Program-made: the position numbers and the translations under genes
Part shown: one piece after another, positions 8,508 through 18,727 of the stretch
Position numbering within the stretch: position 1 is the stretch's first letter
How the letters are laid out: each line of letters opens with the position of its first letter
The notes under the pieces: model-generated
What the model was told of the DNA's origin: nothing
The model's input: the letters and a program-made list of their open reading frames with translations, nothing else
The model's database searches: none
NCBI GenBank assembly: GCA_041664925.1
Contig: JBAYJV010000002.1
Span: 72,302 to 136,301 of the forward strand
DNA length: 64,000 nucleotides
Direction of reading: 5' to 3'
Source of the DNA: Minisyncoccota bacterium
GTDB lineage: Bacteria > Patescibacteriota > Minisyncoccia > JBAYJV01

Positions 8508-9098
8508 ATGGATATAAAAATTATTTTTGCAACACTTGCGACTGCAATAGCGGTTTTGGGTTCTTCAATTCCTTATTTTAGAGATATAATATCAAAAAAA
8601 ACACATCCGCATTCATTCACTTGGTTGATTTGGGCTATTACTCAAGGAACTGCAACTGCTGCTTTATGGTGTGGAAAAGGTGGTTTTGGGGTGATTAGTC
8701 CGACAATAGGAACTTGTTCAATTATATTTATATTTCTTTTGTCTCTGCGTTATGGTGAAAAGAATATAACTCGCAGTGACATAATCTGCCTGACCGTAGC
8801 TATTCTTGCAATTCTGGTTTGGTGGCTATTGAATAATCCATTAATATCAGTAATTTTAGTTTGCCTTATTGACGCAATTGCATTTATCCCAACGTTTAGA
8901 AAATCATACAATCATCCTTGGTCAGAGAAACTTTCTGCTTGGGAAGTAGGGGTCATCGCTAGTATTTTTGGAATATTGGCAATTAGTAATTACAATGCAT
9001 TAACCCTACCATATCTCCTTATGACTTTGTTGTCGTCAATAATATTTTCGTTATTTCTCATTATTCGAAGGAGAAAAATTCCAATGGTTGTTAAATAG
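8508..9098 (+). CDS. Multi-TM membrane protein (PQ-loop-like duplicated fold)
   Basis: IPYFRDI...HPHSFTW and IPTFRKSY...PWSE repeats. Confidence 0.65.
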   Translation: MDIKIIFATLATAIAVLGSSIPYFRDIISKKTHPHSFTWLIWAITQGTATAALWCGKGGFGVISPTIGTCSIIFIFLLSLRYGEKNITRSDIICLTVAILAILVWWLLNNPLISVILVCLIDAIAFIPTFRKSYNHPWSEKLSAWEVGVIASIFGILAISNYNALTLPYLLMTLLSSIIFSLFLIIRRRKIPMVVK

Positions 9099-9169
9099 AA
9101 AAAAATAATTTAGAATTATGTAATAACCCTCAAAGGTCGATTTAATTTATTAACTCAAAAAATAATATT

Positions 9170-9811
9170 ATGAATAAAATATACATAGGCATAGGAGTTG
9201 TAGTGGTCGCAGGTGCAATCGTAGCCGGTGTTCTTTTAAAAAAACCAAGCGATCAAGCTGCTAACACAAATAAAGAAGAAACTAATAGCCAAACAGACGA
9301 AACGGTAAATCCCAACGGTTCGTATTCAATCAATGATTTATTTACTATGAATAGACCATTGAAGTGTACTTGGGTAGAAAGCGCAACGGGAGATAAGGAT
9401 GTAACCAATGTCTTGTACATCAACGGCAAGAAGTTTTATCAAGATGTAACTATGGGCGATATCGGACATGCTTTCACAATAAGCGATGGCGAATATCTTT
9501 ACATTTGGAATGATTTTAATGATACGGCTTCAAAAATGAAGGTCACAGAGACTGAAACTGGCATTAAACAAGAACAGGGAGCTACCGCAACCGATCAGAA
9601 AAAAGATTTTGTTTGCGAAAAATGGTCAGTTGATGCTTCTGTTTTCAATCCACCCCAAGATAAAAACTTTCAAGATGTAACCGAAGAAATGAATCAAGCA
9701 ATGCAAAGTGTGGATTTAGAAAAAACAAAACAGCAAGTCTGTGACTTATGCGAAGGAGCGCCAACTCAAGAATTAAAAGACCAATGCTTAGCAAATTCAC
9801 AGTGTGATTAA
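9170..9811 (+). CDS. Membrane-anchored exported protein
   Basis: N-terminal TM; C-terminal CDLC...QCLANSQC. Confidence 0.7.
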   Translation: MNKIYIGIGVVVVAGAIVAGVLLKKPSDQAANTNKEETNSQTDETVNPNGSYSINDLFTMNRPLKCTWVESATGDKDVTNVLYINGKKFYQDVTMGDIGHAFTISDGEYLYIWNDFNDTASKMKVTETETGIKQEQGATATDQKKDFVCEKWSVDASVFNPPQDKNFQDVTEEMNQAMQSVDLEKTKQQVCDLCEGAPTQELKDQCLANSQCD

Positions 9812-9872
9812 TGGTTAAAAAAAACTGCTTTAGATTAAATCAAGGGCAGTTTTTTTAATTTTTAGCTTTTTC

Positions 9873-9920
9873 TTGACATTTAAATGGTGTTATGATAGGA
9901 TAGTTGCAGCTAAAGGGGGA
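9873..9920 (+). promoter_or_regulatory. Cassette promoter plus SD
   Basis: TTGACA-17-TAGGAT ... AAAGGGGG. Confidence 0.7.
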
Positions 9921-9923
9921 ACT

Positions 9924-11338
9924 ATGAACGGAGATAAAGAAGTTAGTGGTGTAGTTGAGTTAATAACGGCTGCGGCAGAGCATAGGGACGATCAAGGCTA
10001 CAATTATTGTCTCAGTGGAGATCTTGGTCAAATGTCAGTTCAGAAAGAGTTTCTGATGAGCAGAGGAATGGACGTTGGGCAGCGAGATGTCTATCCTGCT
10101 TTAAGAAATGAGGATGACTTTAGAAGAGCCCTTGGGCTTATATGGGGAAATAAGATTGAGGGATGGTGGAATTACTCAAAAAATATTCTTATGGAGTATG
10201 AAATTTGTACCGAAGATGAATTCATGCAAGCCCTTGAAATTGCATGTGCAAGGGAAAATCCAAAAGGAGGTCGAATGGTAACTAGTAGACCATGGTACGA
10301 TTCAAAGGATGGAATTGCGGCATCTCTCGTTTCTCTGGAGAAATTTCTTGAATTAGTTCAGGCGCGACACGAAGCAGGTTATAGTAGGGGCGAAAGGCTT
10401 AGACAATGGGTTGTTTTAGGGCGTTATTGGCTTGACACATGTGGGAATTGCTGGAAAGCAAAAAAGGATGCTCCTTGGAATGTTATTCCAAAGGAAGCGT
10501 TTCCTGATATTCCAGATGTTGTGTCGGAATTTGAAGCAGAATGGGGGCCTGCAATGAAGGACACAATATTCTCTGCGGGTGGTGGCTTGCCTCATCCTCA
10601 TCTTCTTTGTCCTCATTGCCATAAAGGATGGACAATTAGAAATTGCCACGACACGATTGTTCTGCGTAATTTCAAGAGTTTTTCTCTTGTAAACTTCGTA
10701 GGAAAAACTCTTGGAGAAGTTAGAAAAGCTTTTTCTAAAAGACGGGATGCCATTTACGTTCTGCAACCAGACACTATGATTCGCAATGATAGATTTATCG
10801 ATCATTCTCCCGAATATCCCGGAGCCACCGAGGATTGGGAGAAGAATGAGGAAAAAATCGCTATGGGTGGGTTGGTATTGAAGACGGTATTGACGATAAC
10901 TATGTTATTCAGAAGGGCGATGAAGGACTTTTTACCGTTTGGACGTATGAACATACAGATTGCCATAAAGAGCGAATTGCCAGGAAGAAACAGTATCGCT
11001 TTATGGCGATTTTCAAGAGTGCAGGGTTTAAGGTTGTCAGAACAAAACGAATTCCTAACGAATATTGTCCTTGTGATTACTGTGCGCCATGGTTTTTGAT
11101 GGAAACGGAATTCGGAACCATCAAGATTGGTTGGCGCAAGCGAGTTATTAATATAAACTGGAGCGATGTCGCCAAGAAACTTGAAGAACGCGGATACGAG
11201 AATGCTAGTCAGAAAATCTTGGCGCTTTTTGAAAGCGAGGATGTTACAAAAGACGGATCAAACATTCACGCTTGGGGATATGAAAAAGCCAAGGGTTATC
11301 TACGGCAAATCCGCAAATACTTGAAATCTTTGGAATAA
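9924..11338 (+). pseudogene. Frameshifted ORFan (two ORF-track pieces joined at the A6 run 10852-10857)
   Basis: The frame of 11003..11338 is open from 10850 and reads as plausible protein (NRYGWVGIEDGIDDNYVIQKG...); internal SD plus ATG at 10275. Confidence 0.65.
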
Positions 11339-11378
11339 GTATACAAGAGTGGGCAACCTAGTATGGTTGCCCATTTTC

Positions 11379-11436
11379 TTGACATTTGAATATTTACTTG
11401 CTACGATATTAGCAGTTATTAAAAAAGCCAAGGAGG
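11379..11436 (+). promoter_or_regulatory. Cassette promoter, variant boxA-like element and SD
   Basis: TTGACA-17-TACGAT-6-AGTTATT ... AAGGAGG, directly after terminator 11349-11378. Confidence 0.7.
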
Positions 11437-11440
11437 AGCA

Positions 11441-11902
11441 ATGGCAGCAGGCGATACTGAAAGAGGACGAAATAGTGCATACGTTGTTGCTATTAGAATA
11501 TTGGCGGTAATAATATTGACTTCAGGAATTTTCTATTTTGGATCTTTGTGTCAAAGTAACAGATTTGCTCGAGATCGAGAGGATCTTGCTTACTATCAGA
11601 AAACTTATCTGCACAAGTCAGGATACATGGAAGGTTATGGAAATTATCTTCTTCGTTCTTTTGATGGTGGAAAAAATTGGTTTGCTATTGACCTTGAACG
11701 AGCCAAAAACCATGAAGTTGTAATTCTGGGTCCAGTCGAAGATATTTATTCTGGACTGATGGCCAAGATTCAAGGATTCGATGATTTGAGCACCTATGTA
11801 AGAGAACATGGACCGATTACTTTGAGTGGCGAGAATGCAGCTCAAGAAAAAGCGATTCTTGAAAAAGCAGGATTTACTGTGACCGAAACAGTCAAGCCAT
11901 AG
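11441..11902 (+). CDS. Membrane-anchored ORFan with a single Asp-box/BNR motif
   Basis: N-terminal TM; LRSFDGGKNW. Confidence 0.7.
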   Translation: MAAGDTERGRNSAYVVAIRILAVIILTSGIFYFGSLCQSNRFARDREDLAYYQKTYLHKSGYMEGYGNYLLRSFDGGKNWFAIDLERAKNHEVVILGPVEDIYSGLMAKIQGFDDLSTYVREHGPITLSGENAAQEKAILEKAGFTVTETVKP

Positions 11903-11940
11903 ATATGATTCGAGGCACTAGCAAAGTGCCTCTTTTTTTA

Positions 11941-12012
11941 TTGACATACTTTAATGATAAAGGTAGAATGCAGATAGTTCTTAAAAAAATCTGATTAAAA
12001 GAGAGAAGGAGA
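11941..12012 (+). promoter_or_regulatory. Cassette promoter, boxA-like element and SD
   Basis: TTGACA-17-TAGAAT-6-AGTTCTT ... AAGGAG, directly after terminator 11912-11939. Confidence 0.8.
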
Positions 12013-12016
12013 GAAA

Positions 12017-12493
12017 ATGAAAAAAAGAGGAATGAAGTGTTTGGGATGTAGCAAGGCGATAACAACAAAAACAAGATGGACTATTTTTAATTACGATGGT
12101 TTCAGATTTAGAATTGACAGAGGTACCGATATTTGTCCAAAATGTGCAAAGGCTGAAGCAATTAGAACGTTTGAAAAAGTAAGAAAAGGATTCGTGTGGC
12201 TTCGTAACGGTGAAGTTGTTGTTAATTGGAGAGCTTTTGTAGATAATAGAGAAAGAGGCGTTGGAAGAAACATGATAGAAACATTAGAAAATTTAAATAT
12301 TCTATCTCTATACGCTAAAGGACGTTGGAGTCTTGTAGGTATTGGTCCTGTGGAGATTAATCCTCGATCAAGTCTTCTGCCTCATTATTTCACGCGCTTA
12401 AGTGACGCACGTGCCTATGGGAGGGCAAAATTTGGGAGAAGCGGACGTATAGAAATTCGTCATATAGACAGGGTTACCAGTATAGGAGTATAA
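12017..12493 (+). CDS. Basic ORFan with CxxC...CxxC zinc-ribbon motif
   Basis: CLGC...CPKC; terminator 12501-12538. Confidence 0.7.
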   Translation: MKKRGMKCLGCSKAITTKTRWTIFNYDGFRFRIDRGTDICPKCAKAEAIRTFEKVRKGFVWLRNGEVVVNWRAFVDNRERGVGRNMIETLENLNILSLYAKGRWSLVGIGPVEINPRSSLLPHYFTRLSDARAYGRAKFGRSGRIEIRHIDRVTSIGV

Positions 12494-12700
12494 AAGTTAG
12501 TCCCCGAACTGCACTAGTCTGTTTCGGGGATTTTTTTTATTGTCTTTTATTTCATTATGAATTAAAATAGTATCATGAAATGCAAAATATAAAACGAAAA
12601 CTAGAAACGACGATTTAAGATTTTTAATTTTGCATTGTAATTTTCCACTTCTTGTGGTGAGCTTGTCGAACCATTCACTTTAAATTTTTAATTTTCTATT

Positions 12701-12949
12701 GTGCTGGGATATTTAATGCTCGTTTTATTAATCGTGGTTCTCGTCGTATATTTTTTGCTGACGTGGTCGGTAGTTTTTCATTTGAAATCATACGATCTTT
12801 CGCCTAGAGTGACACGCACAATTTTGAGTGTATTTTTAATAGTTGTCTTAATATTATTCATTTTGAATATCATTTTTTATGCCCGAATTCCTTGGAATAA
12901 TATTTCTCAAAATATCGGCAATTTCTTTCAAAACAAATTTCCACAATAA
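12701..12949 (+). CDS. Small 2-TM membrane protein
   Basis: Hydrophobic ORF upstream of the PH-domain gene. Confidence 0.6.
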   Translation: MLGYLMLVLLIVVLVVYFLLTWSVVFHLKSYDLSPRVTRTILSVFLIVVLILFILNIIFYARIPWNNISQNIGNFFQNKFPQ

Positions 12950-12998
12950 TCTTAATAATTTGTAGTTTTCACTTTGCATTTTAAACTTTTAACTTTCT

Positions 12999-13568
12999 AT
13001 GATTCGCCTAAACCCCAACGAAACAATTTTAGCAGTTTACCACCGACATTGGTTTATTCTTTTCTTGAATCTTTTTTTGATTAGTTTTGTTGGAATTGTT
13101 GCGATTGTCGCGGTTTTTCTTTTAAGAAACTATGTGCCTGTTTTTACTACTTATCCTCTGAGCAATATCTTTCTTTGGGTTGGTGTTGTTGCGCTTCAAG
13201 GCGCTTGGATCGCAGCTTTTGTAAAAATAACTGATTATTGGCTTGACACTTGGGTTGTAACCAATGAACGCATTATTGATATTGAACAAAAAGGTCTTTT
13301 TAAAAGAGATATTGTTGAATTTAAACTAAACAGAATCCAAGATGTTTCTTTTGAGATTAAAGGCATTATTCCAACGCTTCTGGTTTACGGAAATCTTCGT
13401 ATTGATACTGCAGGATTTGATCGCAATTTCATCTTCTGGACAGTACCTAATCCTCAGCAAATAAAAAATGTGATTTTAAAAGCTTGTGATGAATATGTTG
13501 CTATGGAAAAAGCGGAAGCCAAAACGACAACCGCAACCACAATAGAGACACCAACAGAAAACATTTAA
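12999..13568 (+). CDS. Bacterial PH-domain membrane protein
   Basis: WVVTNERIIDIEQKGLF...IQDVS...YGNLRIDTAG. Confidence 0.85.
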   Translation: MIRLNPNETILAVYHRHWFILFLNLFLISFVGIVAIVAVFLLRNYVPVFTTYPLSNIFLWVGVVALQGAWIAAFVKITDYWLDTWVVTNERIIDIEQKGLFKRDIVEFKLNRIQDVSFEIKGIIPTLLVYGNLRIDTAGFDRNFIFWTVPNPQQIKNVILKACDEYVAMEKAEAKTTTATTIETPTENI

Positions 13569-13626
13569 AAATAAAAAAATCGGCTGTATTGCCGATACCT
13601 AACTTCCAACTTCTAGCTTCTGAATT

Positions 13627-14667
13627 CTAGCTATCCTTCGTGGGTAGTTTTTTTGTTTTCTCAGAAGACTCAATGGCAATTAAATTATCATTGAACTTTT
13701 CTAACCTTTTTTGACCGGATTCGTAAGTTGAATTAGCATGATTTAAATGTTTTCCCAAAAGATCAAAATCTTCGGCGAATTTTCCAAAATCATTTTTTAA
13801 GCGGGACAAATTTATAAGAATTTCTTTAGCGCCTTTTTCAATTTGAAGTCCCTTGAGACCGATCAAAATTGCCTGAAGATAAGCATAAAAGCTATTTGGG
13901 GAAACAGGAACGACTTTCTTTGATAGGGCATAACTGGTAATATTTGACGATTCTTTTTCTTTTAGAATAATTTCATAATAGACATTTTCGGCAGGTACAT
14001 ACATCAGAGCAAAATCAGAAGTTCCTTCAGCGGGTCTAATGTATTTTTCAGCGATACTATCAACATGTTTTTTTACATCACGCATAAACTGTTTTTTTGT
14101 GCTGATTTTTTCTTCGTGAGTTTTCGAAGCGATAATTTGTTTGAAATTTTCCAGAGGAAATTTTGAATCAACAGGAATCATCATATCGCGCAATCTCACG
14201 ATGGCATCAACCGTTTCACCATCGCGAAAACTATATTGAAGACTATAGTTTTCTCGCGGAAGAATTTGCTCTAAAATATCTGCTAAAAAATATTCTCCTA
14301 AACCGCCGCGCAATTTCGGCGCTTTTAAAATATCATGAAGCGAAGAAATATCTTTGCCGACTTCAAAAATTTTCTTTGATGATTCCTCAAGTCCAGTAAG
14401 TTTATTGGTTACTGACTGAACGACCCTTTGAGTATTGTCAAGGCGTGAATTTAGGTCTTGTCCTTGGCGTTGCATCATTTCCAAATTTTCTCTAAGCCTC
14501 AGATTAACCTGGCTAGTCACTTCATTTAATTGACCCAACATTTTTTCCGATAAGCCAGTTAAATCATTGGTATTTTTGGCAAAATGTTTTTTTGTAAAAT
14601 AAAAAACCAACCAAGAAAAAAAACCAAGAACAGCGATTAAAATAATAATTAATGAAATATTTTCCAT
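13627..14667 (-). CDS. rmuC: DNA recombination protein RmuC
   Basis: PKLRGGLGE, VDAIVRL, PVDSKFPLE, DFALMYVPAENVY. Confidence 0.92.
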   Translation of the reverse strand: MENISLIIILIAVLGFFSWLVFYFTKKHFAKNTNDLTGLSEKMLGQLNEVTSQVNLRLRENLEMMQRQGQDLNSRLDNTQRVVQSVTNKLTGLEESSKKIFEVGKDISSLHDILKAPKLRGGLGEYFLADILEQILPRENYSLQYSFRDGETVDAIVRLRDMMIPVDSKFPLENFKQIIASKTHEEKISTKKQFMRDVKKHVDSIAEKYIRPAEGTSDFALMYVPAENVYYEIILKEKESSNITSYALSKKVVPVSPNSFYAYLQAILIGLKGLQIEKGAKEILINLSRLKNDFGKFAEDFDLLGKHLNHANSTYESGQKRLEKFNDNLIAIESSEKTKKLPTKDS

Positions 14668-14766
14668 ACAATGATTTTACACGATTTTAATAAGGAGATA
14701 AAGAGGACAACTAACAATTTTTAATTTCTAATTTCTAATTTATAAACAATAAAAAATTTACTAGTA

Positions 14767-14819
14767 TTGACAACACAGAGATTTATAGTAGAATAACAGT
14801 AGTTCTTAAAAAAGGAGGT
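14767..14819 (+). promoter_or_regulatory. Cassette promoter, boxA-like element and SD
   Basis: TTGACA-16-TAGAAT-6-AGTTCTTAAAA-AAGGAGG. Confidence 0.8.
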
Positions 14820-14823
14820 TTAT

Positions 14824-15480
14824 ATGCTCAGCGAAGAATCGGCGCGAAGATTGGTCAGTAAAGTATCCGAAGGTTCTTTCTGTGTCACCCAGGATAGCAC
14901 TGTAAGAGCTTGTAGTTTTTTGATTAATTCTCGAACAGTTCTTCGAAAAATGATTGCACTAAGAGATTGCGCTCGCGAAGGATTCCCTTTAATATATGAA
15001 TTATTTGACGCTGGTATTCTTGATGTCCGTATTGACAGAAGAACTGCTCCTGAATTTCTTGAAGAATGTGAAAAAGAAGATCCGGAAGCAAGTTTAGTTA
15101 TTGCCGAACTTGATGTTTTTACTCTCTTTCTTGGATTGCTTCTTCCTCTTTATGATGAAGCAAAAGAGCGTTGGATTTTTTCTGACGAGGATGTTGCAAT
15201 AACTCTTCGTGAGAGATTCAAAGAAAGAAGCATTCCCGCTAGAACTGATTTAAGCGAAGATCTCCTTGTTCTTCTTGAGGAAAAACTTGGAGAATATGGA
15301 GAATTCATCAGAAAAGGAAATGACGATCTTTGTGCTGGTGTTGACCCTTGCATTATTGGACTTATTAATGTCGTTTTGACGGCTATCTACGAGTCGGTTA
15401 GTGTTTGGGGATGTGACGTAGACGATGTTCAGGGAGAGGTTAACAAAATTGGAAAGCATGAAAGCAGCGAGGCGCCATAG
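14824..15480 (+). CDS. Acidic ORFan (cassette gene)
   Basis: 218-aa ORF; terminator GAGGCGCC/GGCGCCTC overlaps the stop. Confidence 0.7.
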   Translation: MLSEESARRLVSKVSEGSFCVTQDSTVRACSFLINSRTVLRKMIALRDCAREGFPLIYELFDAGILDVRIDRRTAPEFLEECEKEDPEASLVIAELDVFTLFLGLLLPLYDEAKERWIFSDEDVAITLRERFKERSIPARTDLSEDLLVLLEEKLGEYGEFIRKGNDDLCAGVDPCIIGLINVVLTAIYESVSVWGCDVDDVQGEVNKIGKHESSEAP

Positions 15481-15638
15481 GGCGCCTCTTTTTTGTGCAA
15501 AAAACTCGAGAAAATATCTCGAGCATCCGAAGTAATTTATTGAAGTCCGATTTATTCTGAAGAATTGAAGGACTTCAATAAAATTAAATATTTAAATTCC
15601 AAATTCCATATTCCATATTCCAACTTCTACATTCTTAA

Positions 15639-17015
15639 TTAAAACGTGAATCCTTTGTCTCCAGTAATTGTTTCTTTGAAATTCTTTTGAGTTTTGTCAG
15701 GAAAGGTAACGCTAATTTCTACTGGTAGCTCGTCAATACCAGGTTGTTTTTGAATCAGGAGGCCATATTCATTTGTTTTTATATTTTGAGGCAAATCATA
15801 TTCCAAAACAACCGCGTGATCTGAGGAAAGAGGCACTTTTACTAAACCAGCCATAAAAGTTTTTCCAAATTCTTTTCCATACTGCGGATCTGTTGAAAGA
15901 CCGCTGATATTCGTAAACCACGAGCCTTCTGGAGTATAAACCCTAAGCCAGCTTTGATAATCTCTTACCAACCAGCTTTTTTGTTCGGCGCCATGAGAAT
16001 AATTAATCGTTAATCTTGCTTTAGGCGTGGCGCTTGATAAATCAACATCGTATCTGAGGCTTCTTTCAATAAAATAATCAGCTTTAAAAGCATTGACATT
16101 AGCATCAACGACAAAAACATAGTCAGAACTGATTTGTTTTATTTCTCCAGACCAGCCCAATCTTTGAACATCTTTTTGAATTTCTGGATTAGTAAAATAT
16201 AGTAAAATGTCTTTATTTTCTAAGTGTTCGCTGCCAATTGAAATCAATTTTAATGATTTTAAAGGATTCATGGCAATGGTTTTATCTATCAGAATCTGCG
16301 CTAAATCTTTTAGAATATTTTTTCTGTCTGTGCGAGCAATGCCCTGATCTTTGAAATCAATTTCAACTTGTTTTTCCAAAGTGAGCAAGAAATTATCTTT
16401 ATTCACTGTGAGACCGTAGTCTGGTAATTCAACAGGACCATGAAGTTCGAGTAATGCGCCAAGCACTTCAGGCGTAATCGCAATAACGCCATCGAATTGT
16501 TCTTGGCCGCCCTGAGCATGATAAAATTCAATCATTTTCTGCGCAGCAGTAGGGAAGTCAGGAGACCAATTGCCATCCCGAAATTGCCAATTCTTAACGA
16601 ATAAGTATTTATTTATCGGTTCAGGCGGTTCTATCTGAGTTGGCGTTGAAAGTTTTATATCAAAAACAGCGGTGTCGTAAAATTGAAAATCTTTCGGCTT
16701 AGCGCTTTCTATTTTGGCAGTCGCAAAACTAGAAACGAATCCGCCAGTCGGACGAAGTTCTAGATTGTTTTGGAAAAGCATCAAGTAGCTCATTTCCTTT
16801 TCAAATCCCGCTGCTTTTTTTATTAAAGAAAAAACGCTTGGCTGTTCTTCGGGGGCGACCGTTTTTATTTCAGGATTTTCCAAGTAATAAGTTTTTAGTT
16901 CTTTTGCCTTATATTCCTTAGAATTGTTGCTTGTGCTCAAGACAAAAAGAGCTAACCCGATTAGAGCAACAATAAAGGAAAAAGTTGTAACAAATTGTAT
17001 TTTCAGTTTTGACAT
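15639..17015 (-). CDS. DUF4012-domain protein
   Basis: YLMLFQNNLELRPTGGF, RDGNWSPDFP, DGVIAI, QKQPG. Confidence 0.85.
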   Translation of the reverse strand: MSKLKIQFVTTFSFIVALIGLALFVLSTSNNSKEYKAKELKTYYLENPEIKTVAPEEQPSVFSLIKKAAGFEKEMSYLMLFQNNLELRPTGGFVSSFATAKIESAKPKDFQFYDTAVFDIKLSTPTQIEPPEPINKYLFVKNWQFRDGNWSPDFPTAAQKMIEFYHAQGGQEQFDGVIAITPEVLGALLELHGPVELPDYGLTVNKDNFLLTLEKQVEIDFKDQGIARTDRKNILKDLAQILIDKTIAMNPLKSLKLISIGSEHLENKDILLYFTNPEIQKDVQRLGWSGEIKQISSDYVFVVDANVNAFKADYFIERSLRYDVDLSSATPKARLTINYSHGAEQKSWLVRDYQSWLRVYTPEGSWFTNISGLSTDPQYGKEFGKTFMAGLVKVPLSSDHAVVLEYDLPQNIKTNEYGLLIQKQPGIDELPVEISVTFPDKTQKNFKETITGDKGFTF

Positions 17016-17152
17016 TTCTGTAATATAATTCTATAACAAAATATTCATTTGTCAATAGTTCGACCAGCTCACCACAAGTATTCTTGGTATGGCCACTTTT
17101 CTTGAGAATGAAAATTTGTTATACTGGAATTAATTAATTTTTGTATAACATC

Positions 17153-17689
17153 ATGATCAGAAATATTATTTTCATTATTATCGGTTTTCTCTTGGGCGTA
17201 TTTTTGACATCCAGTCTTTCTTGGCGCGATATTGATTTTGATAATTTACGCCAGCATCCTTGGCAAGAAGTTGTAAGATTAAGAGGAATTGTTACGGAAC
17301 GACCTCAAATCAGTTCTAATTCGGCAGTTGTAACTAAGATTTTGGACGGTGATTCTGTTTTAATTGAAGGCGGAGACGAAGTGATTCTCCTCGGAATTAT
17401 TGCCGATGAGGTAGGGGAGCCGTGTTATCAGGTAGCGAAAGATAAATTATCAGAATTAACGCTGGGCAAAAAAGCGACTTTAGTAAAAGATGTTAGTGAC
17501 AAAGACGAAGCTGGGCATTTATTGCGATATTTAAAAATTGACGACACGAATATCAATGTTGAATTAGCAAAACTTGGCTTAGTATCGCTTAAAATCAACA
17601 ATAATGTGACAATGTACAAGAATGACCTTATCTTCGCAGAACAAATAGCAAAGAATGGAAAAACAGGGTGCAAGTGGACAGTCAAATAG
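17153..17689 (+). CDS. Thermonuclease (SNase) family protein
   Basis: KILDGDSV...LLGIIADE...DKDEAGHLLRYL...INVELAKLG. Confidence 0.85.
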   Translation: MIRNIIFIIIGFLLGVFLTSSLSWRDIDFDNLRQHPWQEVVRLRGIVTERPQISSNSAVVTKILDGDSVLIEGGDEVILLGIIADEVGEPCYQVAKDKLSELTLGKKATLVKDVSDKDEAGHLLRYLKIDDTNINVELAKLGLVSLKINNNVTMYKNDLIFAEQIAKNGKTGCKWTVK

Positions 17690-17700
17690 CTCAAAGTTCA

Positions 17701-17845
17701 ACCCCGCAAAATTCTTAGTGAACAATAGTGAACTTAGAATTTAGGGAGTCCCGTGAACTTTCATGTTATTTCCAAGAAATATTAAGAATTCACGGGGTCC
17801 TCGCAAAACTATTTCTTCGTATATACTCAAAAAGTTTTGCGGGAA
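17701..17845. repeat. Cluster of three tandem imperfect palindromes
   Basis: ccccgcaaaattct/agaatttaggga; cccgtgaa/ttcacggg; ctcgcaaaact/agttttgcggg. Confidence 0.6.
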
Positions 17846-17967
17846 GTTTAAAATTTAAAACCAAATCTTAAATCTTAAAGTTTTTCAGCCCACACTTTTA
17901 AGTTATCCTGTCTGCCGACAGGCAGAGGTTTTGAGCTTTACGTTTTGAGCTTTAAGTTGGTAATGTA

Positions 17968-18068
17968 TTGACATTTATTCTTTTAAGAATATAATTGATT
18001 TATCAATTGAATACTTCCCAAGACCGTTAGGGTTCCGGCATGCCGGAATTAAACATCCTACGCAGGAA
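17968..18068 (+). promoter_or_regulatory. rplJ promoter and L10 leader
   Basis: TTGACA-16-TATAAT, then CCAAGACCGTTAGG...TTAAACATCCTACGCAGG, typical of the L10 leader. Confidence 0.8.
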
Positions 18069-18173
18069 AACACATAGATTTATTTCAATCTGTTTTGCGG
18101 TCTTTGGATCGCAATTTTTAATTGTATAAAACATCAAAGGTCGAAAGTTCGGATTTGTGTAAAATCCAATCAT

Positions 18174-18692
18174 ATGAAACTAAAAAAGAACGATAAAATA
18201 AAGCTAGTTAAAGAATTAGCTGAAAAAGCGAAACAGGAACAGACTTTTATAATTACAAATTATCACGGTCTTACATCTCAAGATTGCAATGATTTCAGAT
18301 TAAAGCTTTTTGAAAAAGGGATGATGTGCAAGGCAGCCAAGAAAAAGCTTATTGACATCATCTTAAAAAATGCAAAGCTTGAAGATATTGACATAAGGTC
18401 AATCGAAGGACAATTAGCGCTTTCATGGGGCGAGGATGGCGCCGAATTGGCAAAAACCATTAGTCAGTTTGGAAAACAAAAAAGCAAAGACATGATTATT
18501 GCTGGCTTTCTTGACGGCAAATTTCTTTCGAAAGAAAGCGTCATTGCTCTTTCAAATCTTCCAAGTCTTGCAATATTGCGAGCTCAATTCGTTGGTGCTC
18601 TAAAATCAACAATGTTTGGATTAGTTAATGTCTTAAATGGCAATCAAAGAAAACTTGTCTTGACTCTCAATGCAATTGCTAAATCAAGATAG
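18174..18692 (+). CDS. rplJ: 50S ribosomal protein L10
   Basis: NYHGL...ALSNLPSLAILRAQFVG; upstream of rplL. Confidence 0.93.
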   Translation: MKLKKNDKIKLVKELAEKAKQEQTFIITNYHGLTSQDCNDFRLKLFEKGMMCKAAKKKLIDIILKNAKLEDIDIRSIEGQLALSWGEDGAELAKTISQFGKQKSKDMIIAGFLDGKFLSKESVIALSNLPSLAILRAQFVGALKSTMFGLVNVLNGNQRKLVLTLNAIAKSR

Positions 18693-18727
18693 TTTAATCT
18701 ACTAAATTGAATTTAATTTATAAAAAC

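Noticed and set aside
9873-12538. Classical integron cassette array
   Set aside because: No intI and no attC (RYYYAAC...GTTRRRY) sites recognised; the units carry their own promoters and terminators
3403-12540. Prophage or integrative element at tRNA-His
   Set aside because: No integrase, no duplicated tRNA 3' end and no phage structural genes seen
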